64,000 nt of DNA. It comes from Eledone cirrhosa. Lineage: Eukaryota. Positions 13,927-28,130 of this stretch are shown here, one piece after another. A model generated the notes under the pieces. It saw only the letters and a program-made list of their open reading frames with translations, was not told where the DNA came from and searched no databases. Every line of letters begins with the position of its first letter. The first letter of the stretch is position 1. The translations under genes and the position numbers were made by a program. The DNA lies in the NCBI GenBank assembly GCA_964016885.1, contig OZ024743.1, positions 44,454,001 to 44,518,000 on the forward strand, given 5' to 3'.

Positions 13927-15489
13927 TCCGGGAGAGATGACCCCTTAGCCTTTGTCAAGGCAGAATTCTAGGAGAAGGAAAACTCTGATATAACACCTGC
14001 AACCCTGATGGTATCCAATGATGTTGACTTGTTCTTCTTTTTGGTAAATATCATCTTGGTTAAGAGAGTGGGACTGGCTTTGTGCAGTGCCTTTGCTCAC
14101 TATAAAAGCTTCATGGCACAGGCATTGCTTTATATCTGGAGATCTCTCTGCACTTGTCGTCACATGGTACCATGGGCCCAGCACTATGTGTCAATAATTG
14201 TCACATGTGTAGTGTTTGTACCAAAGTTTTCAAGTCGCTGGCCGGACTGAAAAGTCACACTCGTTCAGCGCATCGGTAGGGGTCCTCCTACATGGATATA
14301 AAGTAGTGGCCGTACTCGAAAACGAGTTGGCAGCCACCATGTATGTATGTATGTATGTATGTATGAAGGACAACTCTCATATAACACCTGCGACCCTGAT
14401 GGTATCCAATGATGTTGACTTGTTCTTCTTTTTGGTAAATATCATCTTGGTTAAGAGAGTGGGACTGGCTTTGTGCAGTGCCTTTGGTCATTATAAAAGC
14501 TTCACGGCACAGGCATTGCTTTTTATCTGAAGATCTCTCTGCAGTTGTCGTCACATGGTACCATGGGCCCAGCACTATGTGTAAGTAATTGTAACAATAA
14601 TTGTACCAGAGTTTTCAAGTCGCTGGCGGGACTAAAAAGTCACACTCGTTTACCGCATCGGTAAGGGTTCTCCTACATGGATATAAAGTAGTCGCCGTAC
14701 TCGAAAACGAGTTGGCAGCCACCATGTATGTATGTATGTATCTATGTATGTATCTATGTATGTATGTACGTATGTATTTATGTATGTATGTATGTATGTA
14801 TGTATGTATGTATGTATGTATGTATGTATGTATGTATGTATGGATGTATGTATGTATGTATGCATGTATGTATGTATGTGCCAGGTCACTAGTTGGTGCT
14901 ACTGGTAACATGAATCCCAGTACAACCTGTCCCATGGTCGGGTCGTTGGCGACTAAAATGGGAACCCTACCAAGGTTTCTTGGTGATTAGGGTGACTTTG
15001 GACATCCTGCAGGACTAAAAACAAAACCTGTCAAAGGGCAAAGGAGCTCTTAATAGTCAATGGCCATCCAAAATCACCGGGAGAGGTGACCCCTTTGCCT
15101 TTGTCAAGGCAGAATTCTAGGAGAAGGAAAACTGTGATATAACACCTGCAACCCTGACGGTATCCAATGATGTTGACTTGTTCTTCTTTTTGGTAAATAT
15201 CATCTTGGTTAAGAGAGTGGGACTGGCTTTGTGTAGTGCCTTTGCTCACTATAAAAGCTTCACAGCACAGGCATTGCTTTATATCTGGAGATCTCTCTGC
15301 ACTTGTCATCACATGGTACCATGGGCCCAGCACTATGTGTCAATAATTGTCACAAGTGTAGTGTTTGTACCAGAGTTTCCAAGTCGCTGGCTGGACTAAA
15401 AAGCCACACTTGTTCAGCTCATCGGTAGGGGCTCTCCTACATGGATATAAAGTAGTGGCCGTACTCGAAAACGAGTTGGCAGCCACCAT
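13927..15489 (+). mobile_element. Three stacked bipartite RTE-derived non-autonomous elements (13927-14340, 14364-14724, full-length 14878-15489), each ending in (TATG)n
   Basis: Shared 3' end ggccgtactcgaaaacgagttggcagccacc(atgt)n with variable 5' truncation; the 3' part encodes CSVCTRVSKSLAGLKSHT, like the RTE terminal zinc finger. Confidence 0.8.
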
Positions 15490-15764
15490 GTATGTATATA
15501 TATGTATGTATGTTTGAATGTATGTTATCTCTTTCTCTTAATTTCGAGTATATTTTTTGGACCGGCCACCTTCCTGGTGGCAAGGTTGTAAAAGAGTGGG
15601 ACTGATAGGAGAAACCACCTACCAAATGACATTCAAATCACATTATACCATAATTCCTCACTGGGAAGTGGCATATTCTTCTAGTATCTGGGATACATTG
15701 AGCAATCCTCTATCTGAACACCATAAATCAACGTATAAGTGGTTGAGCATTACAATACAGTATT

Positions 15765-15953
15765 AATTCAGTAGAGATATCGGTAGAGGGTTGGACTCCA
15801 TGCTTTGAAGCATAGAGTTACGTCCCTTTATGATCCGAGTTCAAATCCCGCCGCAGTTAACTTTGCCTTTCATTCTTACGGGGTCGATAACATAAAGTAC
15901 CAGTAATGTACTGGGTAATTGCTGGCTTTGTGCCAAAAGTAGAAACAATTAAT
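15765..15953 (+). mobile_element. tRNA-headed Meta-type SINE
   Basis: B-box, Meta core and ..aaagtagaaacaatta tail. Confidence 0.8.
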
Positions 15954-16019
15954 TATGATCCTTATATGTACGTTGGACCTCCGAAGATTCATGAGACATA
16001 TGTTTCAAGTGATTTCTTC

Positions 16020-16265
16020 AGCGAAATAGCCTGTTCGAGAAATGAACGTGTAAGTCTTTCGGCATTCCACAATCATGTATACTCGTGACAAACTTACCAG
16101 GGAGATTCAGCATAACACAGATGCAACTGATATTTGGCAGTCGAGCGGACAAGAGCAACGTCAACTAATGTCTCTTGCTCAAAGTTATAACGCGTCGCCA
16201 GGAGTCGAACTCATGTTCTTACTATTGTGAGCATAACAGATTAACTCCTAAGCATTAACGCTTTC
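16020..16265 (-). mobile_element. Degenerate tRNA-derived SINE (63297 family)
   Basis: Minus strand gagttcgactcctggcgacgcg..ttgagcaagagacatt resembles 63345-63400. Confidence 0.55.
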
Positions 16266-16349
16266 ATTAAAACATTTTCCTTTTTTCACCCATGTCATTA
16301 AATTATATATCTCAATCAACCACATGCAAATATCTTATCAGACACATAG

Positions 16350-16880
16350 CAACCCTAATGTTGCCATTCAATTTGCTAGAAATAGGAACCAAATTGTTTC
16401 CTTGCCAATGTAGAAAACGTGGAGGCATAGAAGGTAACACTTTGTCTACAACTGAAACAGCTGGATCCCCAAGCGAGACAAGCCAAGCTCATGGAACTTA
16501 TCCAATCCTCTTGTACGTGACCTACGTTCGGACTTCCTGCCATTTTGCTTTTACCCGTGATATCTTTCCACCTTTTCTTTCCTGTGACATTCTAAGCACA
16601 TACCTATAGTATTGGAGCTGTAATCTTTCAATTCGGAGAAGTAGTCGATCTACCTAGAATGACACTCTGATGTCCGAACTACACACTCTATCGAATGACG
16701 TTACCCCAACCACCCTTCTGAGGAACCCTATTTCAGCTGTTTGTATTCGCGATCGTATTCTTTCGGTCATTACCCGAGATTTATGACCACAGGTAAGGGT
16801 TGGGACGAATACCGAAGCCAAGATAGCGAGTTTCACATTTACACCTACCTCCGTCTCTCTGAATACTGAATGCTGCAAAT
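16350..16880 (-). pseudogene. RTE-clade LINE 3' fragment
   Basis: KLAILASVFVPTLTCGHKSRVMTERIRSRIQTAEIGFLRRV is a typical RTE RT C-terminal region; related copy at 27750-28130. Confidence 0.8.
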
Positions 16881-18517
16881 AACACCTCCCTGATATTTAT
16901 AGCTTAAACGTAATTAGGATGATCACATATAAAGTGACTTTCGTCATATTTCTGGTCAATTAGGAATGACATGTGACTTGTTACTCGCAATAGAATGGGA
17001 CTTTGCAATATGATCAAGCTTTTGCTACCGGTATTAAGTCCTGATACAATCGTGAACAAACACGGACAGTACCGGTGAAAGCCCCAGTGTGCGACAGCTG
17101 GAGGAGAGAGAAAGCTACATGATACTTTCTTTATAGGTACGGAAAGAATGCAAGTCAAAGTGCCTATTTGACGAATTTTAACTCAGATTTCAGAAACCTG
17201 ATAATACATATAAAGTGTAATCAGGCTTCTGCCAAACTGACTAGAATGGTTCTAGAATGATGAAATAACAATTACTAAGGTTGTTAGAGCCATCCAGATA
17301 ATAAACGTATTAGTATTTGCCTGTTAAGTACTGATATCAATATAGTCAACTTGCCCCTCACACCAAATCGCCAGAAAGAATTGTGTATTCGCTTCCTCAG
17401 TTTTAACATGTGAAGTTAATGTGTTATCTGCTACTCCCCAAGATACAAGTCATGTGAATTAGACTACTATGAGCATGTTACCTATCCAACTAACATGTTT
17501 ACCTATATGTCCATTAAACAAATTCTTCCTGAAAGAGAAATAAATCATGTATAAAAAAGAAAAATTTCATGAAATCTTATTAAAGCGCACCTTATACCGC
17601 GACGAGGTGTTTTCATTGAACATTGATCTTCCTGGGAACACACTTTTGGAAATATTTCTTCCGCATATAGTAAATACATATTATTCGCATTTTCCCGCAA
17701 TTGAGGTTCAAAAGCAGCATATACATTAGAAGAAATTATGATATAATGGATAATTCCTCAACGTAATAGGTGACCCGCTTTCTGATGCCACTTATAAACG
17801 CCAGGTCCTTGTGAAATATGCCAAGTTACAATTACTCCTAATACTTCTATGAACCTGGAGTATTGTATCTAATACCCAAATAATTCTATTATGCCTTATA
17901 TTCTTCAGAGAGGGTAAAAGGTCACTCTTTGTGAAGTGACTGCTTGATATTTGGTTGAACTACGTTCCTGCAATCTAAACCGATAATGAATGGGATCTAA
18001 ATATAATTCCAACGGTACATAAGCTGGATCCTACCAAGTAGTTCCATTCTATTAACTGTAATTCTATGCTAAGCCATGCATAAATCCAATTATTCTCATT
18101 AGACAACAACTACACTGTTCCAGTGTCGATAATATCCTTCATATGAAGCACTAAAATAAAACGATGCCACAGAGATATTCCCACAACAGTTTCAGGATAA
18201 AAACATTGGATAAAACATCAACACTGACATATCCTCTTCAATATCTATATATTTCTACTTTCATTTATATTTCATTTAGATTAAATAAAAGGCATTTAAG
18301 ATTATCTGTTGGATGCAAATAAATGTTAAACGCATGGTTATTTTGTCGGAACTATGGCCCACAATCCGTATTTTCAAAGGTTTTGTCATTTCTTTCAAGA
18401 TAAATTAACTATAATTTTGCACTACGCGTCTCAATCTCTACTTCTAGTCTCGGAAGCCTAGATAAAAGGCCCCGGTTACTGATTCTATCCACTTCCTTCT
18501 CCATCCTTTCTGTATAC

Positions 18518-18519
<2 letters not shown>

Positions 18520-18592
<73 letters not shown>

Positions 18593-18630
18593 CATCTATC
18601 TACCTATTTATTTATCTATTTATCTATCTC
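18520..18630. repeat. (TCTA)n microsatellite
   Basis: Seen directly. Confidence 0.95.
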
Positions 18631-20722
18631 TAACTAAGCAGGGAAATGAATCTGTAGTCCATTATTATTTTTTCCGCCGACTATTTCGGGTGATACAGAA
18701 TGTATTTGTTTGCTGTAAAGATTTCACCATCCGGCAAGGATATAATCTGACAAAATTATATTCTACTTGATCGTGGTTTTTATGTAACATGAAGTAGTGT
18801 CACTTTTGTTGTTTTTGACTGTTTTCTTGTATTTATTTGTTCAGAATCTTCGTAATCTTTTCGAACGATAATGCATTTATAAACATCTATCTCTAAATGT
18901 TCTAACAGTTCAAAATCTACATTTATATATATATTTTGATATATTTTGATATAATTGTCAGAACTTATTCTGTTTTAGCATTATCTTGTTTTTCTTTAAT
19001 TGTTGCTTTTGACTATTTTTTCTTTTATTTTTGGTTGTTCTTTTGTACTATTATTTATTCCCTCTTCACCGCAATTCTTCATGTCGAAATGATTTTAGCA
19101 TATAATTGAAAACCCCCAAACATGTTACTAAAGTGTCTCTTGTATTGTGTTTTGTTTCTATCCGTATAATACCCCTGTCAAAATTTCATATTCATAACAA
19201 AATATATTTAGTTGTCAAGTTGTCAGCTTCACCCACAGAATAATACCCTGATTTCTGACAGCACAAGAATTAATCCTCCATGTAAGAAATTTAGCTCACA
19301 TCAACTGACAAAGCTAAACAATATTAGAATAAATTCTGTAATATTCCTTTTAATATTCTAATGTTAATAATAAATATCCTCCTCAGAACTGAATATACAA
19401 GCTTGAACAGATTTGTGTTAGTCGTTATAAACTATTTCGTTAGCATATTTCAGACATGTTTATTCAAAATAGTAAATATTTAACTTATATTGAAATAATA
19501 TTGCATTTTTGTAAGAGCTTTGCATAAAAAGTATGTAGTATGGAGCAAAGTAAAGTAATGTATCCTTAATTCAAGAAATTTGGAAGGAAGTTTATATATA
19601 AATCATTCTAAACGCATTCATTTAAGAAATCTGAAATCTTAGATAAAAAATGTTTCAGAGAAATGGGAAACAGTTTAAACATTTTGATACCTTTGCTAAA
19701 AACATAAAGTTCTCATGCTGAATATGAATATAAGTACTCATATTATCGAAAGATTTCTCATGTGTGCTTAATGGCAAGACTGCGCTACAACAAATAATTT
19801 TATAATTTTATTATAGTACTGACGGAAAAGGTTCCTCCTGAGGTGTTCAAACTGCTCAAATTTGCAGCTAGATTTCCTTAAAATCAAATATTGCTGCCTT
19901 AAAATGTAAAGAAACACGGCTCTAAGCTTCGTAACTCCTCTCCTTCCTGCAATCAGTTTCAGTGGCCTCTGCAAAGTGTCATGTGCTCTCGTCCTCCTCC
20001 TATAACTAATTCATTTTAAATGTCTATAGTAATATGAAAAACTATTTTTTAAAAATACACAACAGTGTTCTAATTACCGTATATTTGCTGCATTAAAAAA
20101 AATTGAAAGCGAGATCCCGGCATGGCCGCAGTATAATTTAGGAAACCAGTAAAAAGAAACAAATTCTCTGTTCACATATTATAGAGAACGAAGAACCTAC
20201 GTTATTATTAGATCTATTTTTATAAATTCATCGAAATAAATAGTGTTGCAATGATTTAAATCTGTATTATCTGAAGTAACATACGTTGTATACTATTATA
20301 GCCAACTACTGTTCAGTTAAACTCTAATTATACTCCTATAGTAAGGGAAGATGGCGTTTTTGAGGAATCTGCTACCACAACACTTCAAGGAAGAAGAAGA
20401 AGAGTAGTTGAGAGAATTCTACCGGTTAAGTGTTATATTGTCTATTGTCATTTTGCTGGTGAGTTCAATACCCAGGTTAGTTCACTATGTATATTCTAGT
20501 TTAAATGGAATGAGTAAATAATGAACTAACTCAAGCATATTCCGTCATTAGATGGAACAAGATCAATCTACTTCTTTGGTTTGAATAAAGGATTCTGTTC
20601 GAAATGCTGAAGATATTAATAAACAGGACAAACAACTGCGGAAGCCTAGATGGTACAACAGGAGTAACGCTGGGAATATAAGGGCCCAGGCTAGGATATT
20701 GATTGGAATATATCAGTTCATA

Positions 20723-20910
20723 ATAATTGTTTCTACATTTGGCATAAGGCTAGCAACTACGCAGTACGTTACTGGTACTTTATTTTATCGATCCCGTAAG
20801 GATGAAAGGCAAAGTTAACCTCGGCAGGATTTGAACTCAGATCGTAAGGGGACGTAACTATGGTGGAAATCATGTCCGACCCTCTACCGATACTGCCAAT
20901 TCACCACCCT
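20723..20910 (-). mobile_element. tRNA-headed Meta-type SINE (followed by a diverged relative at about 20925-21130)
   Basis: Full copy; TSD tcag(t/g)tcataataat. Confidence 0.85.
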
Positions 20911-21142
20911 TTCAGGTCATAATAATAGTTTCTAATTTACACACATACCTAGTAATTTATGGATAGGGAAAGTCGATTAGATCAACCCACCACTTGACTA
21001 GTGTATTATTCTATCTATCCAAGAAGGATGAAAGACGAATTTGACCTCGGCGAAATCTGGAATCACATCGCAAAAGGATGTATCTAAATACTGCAAAGCT
21101 GTTTGTCGTGATCTCTAAATAATTCTAACTTTAATTGGTTAA

Positions 21143-21333
21143 TAATTGTTTCTACTTTTGGGACAAGACCAGCAATTACCCAGTGCATACTGGTACTTTA
21201 TTTTATCGACCCCGTAAGGATGAAAGGCTAAGTTAACCTCGAAGTGATTTAAACTCAGAACGTAAATGGCCATAACTCTATGCTGTAAAGCATGGTGTCT
21301 GATTATCTACCGATACTGCCAATTCACTACCCT
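21143..21333 (-). mobile_element. tRNA-headed Meta-type SINE
   Basis: Full copy; TSD tggttaataat. Confidence 0.85.
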
Positions 21334-22893
21334 TATCTGGTTAATAATAATAGTAATTCTTCAATTTTTCCATCTCAGAATTTCAAACAAGACATATAGG
21401 AGTTGAACCCATGAACAGAATGAATAGCTGATGTCATGGTACAATATTCCATCTTTAGAAACGTTGACTTTAAAACATCTTTCCAGAGTTTCGTTTCACG
21501 AAATAATGACGAAAACGATGTCTGTAATCGAATCAGAATTCATTGGCTCAGCTTCTTAAAGAGCCAAACAGAAAACGGCGAAGAGTTAACGCGACAATTG
21601 CCTTGATCGATGAGATAAACAATTTGTGTTTACATCAGATAATTTTCTAAAAACAATTTAACGAACAAAGAAGTATTGCTTATAAAGCTAAGTTTAAAAA
21701 TATAGATAACTTCGAGAATGCTTTATCGTAAATATTGTATTTTTGCAAAATGTTATCTTCACCATCTCACATCTGCGTCAATGCTGACCTCTATCAATAG
21801 CAAAACAAATATTATATCAGCTTTCTATCTACTATAAAAATATTTTAAAAGAGGTAAAAATGGAAAAAATAATTGTCGTCATCAATTGTTTTTATAATTT
21901 TCAAAAGATCTATTAACAACAGGTTTTCTGCATTTTTAATGGAATTTAAATATTCTGCAAGTTTAAATATCAATCATCTTCTAACCTTATTTTCCATTTT
22001 TCAAAATCGCTTGCGAAATATATCTGCATAGATTTTATCCTAACACACTTATACACATAGGCACACAACATTACCCACACTGAAATTTTCCGCCGATTTC
22101 TACAATGAGAATTTTGTTGCTTTGTCTATGGCTTTCTTTAAAATAACAACTTTTATAGCGCGTAATTCCTAATAGATGTATGTACATATTTTCAGATAAA
22201 ATCTATTCAACTGGCTTCTACACACCTTCCGCCAATTCAGTTTGACTGACGCATATTTCGCGTTACAAAAACCCTTGTAAAAAACATTTGTTCAAGATGC
22301 CCCGCGAGGAACTGAACACTACTAACGCTTGATACCAAAACGAATTTCTTGTCCTCGCAGCTATGTCTACTTTCATATACATAGATATCAGAGGTGATGA
22401 CTTGTTAGAATGTCGGTTAGAATAATTTGTGGTATTCTTTTCGGCGCTCTGCACTGTGAGTTCAAATCCCACCGAGGTCAACTATGCGTTTCATCCTTTC
22501 TATGTTGCAGTCAAATACTGGGATATATTTTTCCTCTGTATTATCTATTTATCACTTGCGCTCACGCACTATCTATAATTGTTTCTACTTTTGGCACAAG
22601 GCCAGTAATTACCCAGTGCATTACTGGTACTATATTTTGTATATATATATATATATATATATAAACACAATGACACACACATATGTATATATATATATAT
22701 ACTTATAGAAATAAATAAAAACACATACACACACCCATATGCAATACATGCGCAGTCTAAGTACGATTCTTTTTATTGCATACATGCATGTCATCATACA
22801 TACAAATACACTTGCATATATTCATACACACACGCACACAAACACACACACATGTATATATATATATATACACACACTAACAAGCACACACAC

Positions 22894-22933
<40 letters not shown>

Positions 22934-23086
22934 TGTGTATATATATATATATATATATACAAATAAATAAAAACACATACACACACCCGGATGTAACGCA
23001 TGCACAAACTAAGCACACAACAAACAACACACAAAAACGAGATGGTGTGGGACAGATCAAAGGAGTGTGCACAAAATAAAAACCTA

Positions 23087-23129
23087 GTCACTGAGGAGGT
23101 CACAGAATGTGTGACGAAAGAGCTTTGGC
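23087..23129 (+). ncRNA. Minimal type I hammerhead in a pLTR-like fragment (about 22960-23249) between TA repeats
   Basis: gtca-CTGAGGA-g-gtcaca gaatg tgtgac-GAAA-gagc-TT-tggc. Confidence 0.65.
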
Positions 23130-23244
23130 AATATATAAACAACCTTCCGGTTATCGAATCAACCGACCGGAAGCTTATAATAATTTGGAGTGAAAATCGA
23201 CAGGTGCGTGTGTTTTTATTGGCAACATAACCATCCCAAAGTAT

Positions 23245-23400
<156 letters not shown>

Positions 23401-24179
23401 AGCGAGAGGGAGGGAGAGAGGAGGGACAGCAGTGGAGTAAGACTTAGATGCATATCTAATCCGAATGTTATATCGTTGACTAAAATATATGTTTAACACG
23501 CTAAACATATTTTCGTAAGGATGTGTCTGTTGTACTCAATATACGAAACATACATGAACAAAAACTAATAAAGTTCTCTGATGTTAAATTTCCCGTGGAT
23601 GCTTTAGTATCATAGCTTAATTTTCTTTAGTTGAAATTAAAACTGGTATTGCCTTCTTTCATCCCTAGCTAGGAGCTTCTAACCCTTACTTTACAAAACA
23701 AGTCATCATATCGACGAAGGGATTGTTACAATATAAGGCTTCATCTTACACATTTCTTTTGCAGTTTCTATTGAAGGAGTTAGATTCATTAGAAACCTAT
23801 TCATCTTTTCCTCCAATAGCTAACAGCTTGCTAATCATATTTAGTTTCACAAAGATCCAAAAGTTCGGTCATTATCTCCGGTTTCTATAGAACCAGTCTA
23901 TCACAAATAACTGTTTCCACCGCAGAAATTTTAATCATTATTGCAACTTAGGGATAATGTTTAAATACATATTTTCAGCGAGATAGATTCGCAAATTGAA
24001 GGAGGAATCTTTTCAAATGATGTCATAATAGAAAGACGGTGACGGTGACCTACAGACATTTCATTCAGATGCCTGCTACAACACCTGTCGGAAACAGGTG
24101 TGGTTCTCTATGAGTTTGGCATTAAAATGATGGCAATGATGTTATATCTTTCTCTGGTCATTTTAGAAATCATCACATT

Positions 24180-24730
24180 ATATCTTTTATACAAAATTTC
24201 GTATTTTATTCGAATCAAATATAGGAATATCAGCCAATCTTTAATACTAAAATATAAAACATATGTATCAAGTATCAGTATTTTTCATTTCATAAAATAT
24301 AATTTTATTTTACATATTCATTACCTAGTATTCTTTCTACCACTTGACATGGAATGGTTACAGGTTTGTTAAGAAAACAATTGATGTAACTATGTGCTTG
24401 GCTTAATAAATGGCTTAGTACAATATCTCCACTTAGACAATGGTTGTCCTTAGCATGTTTTACAACCAGAAGCAACAAATGGACGATGAAAACCAAGATT
24501 CCATCTTGAGTTGAAATTATTACCCTTGGTAAACTTAAATATATCACAGTATAACTTTTCAGCAAAGTTTCGTATCTTTTGGGAATGGAATATAGGAATA
24601 TCAGCAATTCTTTTATTTATGAAGTAAAGGTAATTTTTTTTTTTTTTTCATTTTATAAAATATAGATTTCTGATATTGCCTAGTATTCTTCCTACCACTT
24701 CCTACCACGGCTATTATTTAACATGGAGAG
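24180..24730. repeat. Old imperfect direct duplication (about 24180-24370 versus 24555-24730)
   Basis: atataggaatatcagc and cctagtattctt.ctaccactt each occur twice. Confidence 0.6.
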
Positions 24731-24994
24731 GATAACACGCGACCTAGATACTCCAGCTCCCCGGTACCATCACACTCCTTATTTTCATTTAAAATATGAA
24801 GTCGTATATCGAAAATATAATAAAATATATGGTAAACGTTCAAATATTTGTATTGTTTTACTATCCTCCCGTTTTCAGCCTTTCATTCAAAATTACAATG
24901 AATTGGTCTTCCTAAAACAACTTTGAACCACACATCTTATGGTTCATGATATAAATTATGTAGGTATACCAAATTCTATTATTTGTTAATACAA

Positions 24995-25183
24995 GGGCGG
25001 TGAATTGGCAGTATCGGTAGAGAGTCAGACGCCATGCTTTCTAGCATAGTTACGTCCCTTTACAGTCTGAGTTCAAATCCCGCCGAGGTTAACTTTACAT
25101 TTCATCCTTACGGGGTCGATAAAATAAAGTACCAGTAATATACTGGGTAATTGCTGGCCTTGTGCCTAAAGTAGAAACAATTA
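24995..25183 (+). mobile_element. tRNA-headed Meta-type SINE
   Basis: A-box tggcagtatcgg, B-box gagttcaaatcc, Meta core; TSD ttatttgttaatacaag. Confidence 0.88.
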
Positions 25184-25269
25184 TTTGTTAATACAAGTTA
25201 GTCATTTATAAAGAGAATATATTCGTTTCACATTGATTACTCGACTAGAAGTGGCTATACATATTCCTA

Positions 25270-25575
25270 AACCGGTGCATATATGTTGGAACCCGTCGGT
25301 TCTGACGAAGAATATTCTAGTTATTTAAACAAAGGAACAACCTGATCCAGACATGAAATGTAATTGGCTTAGTCATCGAGGCTTAATGTAGTTCCTAGGG
25401 AGATTCTGTGTGTCAAAATATGACATGTCTGACCGTTGAATTACAAATACAACTCGTTCTGCCAACTGAGGAGACTGAAGCAATGTGAAATAATGTGCCC
25501 CACTCAAAAACAGTACCCACCGAGAATTTAACGCACGACATTACGATCATCGGTTTAGCAGCCTAACCATTCACC
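25270..25575 (-). mobile_element. Degenerate tRNA-derived SINE
   Basis: Similar to 16020-16265 and 63297-63440. Confidence 0.45.
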
Positions 25576-27749
25576 ATATAAGTTACAACCAAACATCACA
25601 TGATGTAGGCCGTCTAACTCCATAAAATGTTTTCCCTATAAACAAGTATGATTTATTCTTTTATGCTTTTATTCTTTTTTCATAGGCACATAATGACCGT
25701 GGGAGGAAGGACTTTAATTTACAACTATATGAGTTCGTGTTCAGTGATACTGCATCACACACTCGGTAAGTGGTGTCTAATATGGCCGCGATTCGAGCGA
25801 TGTCTTGTAAGTGATATTTTGTAGCTTAACGCAGTGAACGGCGTTTTCTATGGAGCATGAAGAAGGATCTATTATTTTATTACAGCATGGATTTACTGTT
25901 GATTTATTACGTAGGTACATGGCAATAACTCTTGGAGATCCCATCATGAGTCATTTTCCGTCAGTTTTTCCATAGTGGCATGGATGGAACGTCTTTCTGC
26001 GACCAGACACTCTCCCTTACCGCAATCCATTATGTCAAGTACATATCGCTGACAGTCGTCGAACAGCTCATTTTCGGGAATTATTGTTTATTCGAGTCAT
26101 AGACAAACACCAACATTTGGTTTATACATTTTGAAATGAAAGAACGGAAACAAACACGCAGAAACACACACACACATACACACACATATAAACTCACACA
26201 CGCACACACACACATACACACACATATATAAACTCACACACGCACACACACACACATATATATCGCATACTCAGGAACATACATGGAAACACAGAAATAG
26301 ATATTTATTTCATGACTGATATCTTCAGAGAGAAAAAGAACATCAATTGGATTGACTTTAATCTTAATGATTGTACAAAGACACTTTCAGTGAGAGTCGA
26401 ATTCAGAATCTAAATGAACAAAATGAAATATTCTATGGCAGTTGTTTTTGACACTTTAAACAATGACAGAATTTCATTTCCCGAATCTGTTAACTCTAAC
26501 ATTTGAGGTATAATGTCGCAACGACAAATATCACACATAGACTCAACTGTCTCTTATTTTTATTGATATGAATGAATAGAAGATATTGTAAAATTCATGA
26601 CAATGAGGTTAATTTCCTGATGTATTTGCTATTTGAAATATTAGAATACAGGTGATAAAAAGAAAACCAAATTTTATGTTATTTTTCAGACATTTCTGCT
26701 GCATTAATTAGATTTAATTTTGTTTAATGTGTGTATGTGATTGATTGTTTGTTAACTTCCTTGTCATAATGGAGAGAAAATGGCCGTTCAACAATCATGT
26801 GCGTATTTTTCAGTGTTGTAGATGTATAAGATTCTTCAGATTAAACCGTTTAGTTACGCTGTGTTTAGTGACAATATATTGTTTCATAATTATGTGTTCA
26901 ATCCATACCAATTTGTTTTCAACGGTTTGGAATAAATTGAATAAAATGAATACATTATATAAGTGAAGGCGTGTGATGTAGTGCATGAGGGTTTTGACAA
27001 ATGATAAAAATGTCGTGCGTTTGCTTCGTGTACCAGGAGGCGCGTTGTTACGTTATACTCCAAACACCGGCTTAGTAATGAGAACCTGCGTTATATTAAT
27101 AAGTCCCTGTAAATTGTTAATTATTATGTTTAAATGATTGGTGGTGACTCCCAATCGAAGCATAATAACGACATGGCTAAGAGACTATGTAGGAAGAAGA
27201 GAGTTCTAGAGACATTATTTAGCATTTGAAGTTATTGTCTTTTTACGTTAAAGATTTTCGCTTCCCAAATAGGATAAAATAATTACCAGTCCTCTATTTA
27301 CTTACTGGGGTGAATTCAATCAACTGTCATTTTTACATGTAACTCTTACCGTGATTCAAACTTTTTAATTAACAATAGCTCAAATACAAACAGAACTGAC
27401 TTTTGTTATTTCGAGATCAAATTGATGATGGGATTAAAGGTGTATGGATCTTTAAAAAGATATTTGCCTCCTCAAACATTTCAGACCTTGACATGGATAG
27501 CAATAATACTAACATTAGTAAAAGAAGAGACAAGACACATGACACCAACACATTTTATGATTTGAATAAGTAATAAATCTCATCGATCTATATAAAATCA
27601 TGTCGCTACAAATGATGTCATTTTAAATGCTAAATAATTTCGATTATTTTTCCAAATTAATATTTCAAAACTCATTTCAGTTTGCGTTTGCGCTTAATCT
27701 GTGTATTCTATTTATACAATAGAAATAAGATTCAAGTTATTGATAACGT

Positions 27750-28130
27750 GTCTCTTCTTTCATCTTCTTCTTCGCCTACTTATTCCTCAGAGAATCGTGG
27801 GGGAAGAGTTTTCAAACACTCCTTTCAGTGAGACCTGTCAGAAGCAATTGTCTACAGCTGATCCGGCTGGATCCTCAAGCGAGACCAGCGAAGCTCATGG
27901 ATGTTATCCAAATGTCTTGCTCGGTGTCTACCTGCCAATTGGCTTTGCCAGTAAAATATGTCCAGCGGTTCTTACCTGAGACATTCTGACCACATGCCCA
28001 TAGTATCGGAGCTGTGATATCTCAATTCGGAGACGTAGCGACTCTACCTGGAGTGACTCTCTGATCTCCGAGCTACACACACTATCGAGTAACATTACTC
28101 CGAAGACCCTTCGGAGGAAACCTATTTCAG
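27750..28130 (-). pseudogene. RTE-clade LINE 3' end
   Basis: Aligns by eye to 16430-16735; (GAA)-like tail. Confidence 0.75.

Noticed and set aside
13927-15489. Repeat-spacer appearance suggesting a CRISPR-like array
   Set aside because: Eukaryotic retroposon copies separated by (TATG)n tails; no unique spacers or cas genes.
19768-19974. 68-aa minus-strand ORF in unique sequence
   Set aside because: No motif or splice support.
20342-20425. Possible plus-strand exon (REDGVFEESATTTLQGRRRRVVERILP) or short ORF MAFLRNLLPQHFKEEEEE
   Set aside because: Weak splice sites, no recognisable homology, no partner exons.
21487-21606. Open frame after ctttccag ending ..GEELTRQLP*
   Set aside because: Only about 40 codons with no recognisable homology.
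24995-25090. tRNA-like A/B boxes
   Set aside because: These are SINE heads with no intact cloverleaf, so not called as tRNA genes.
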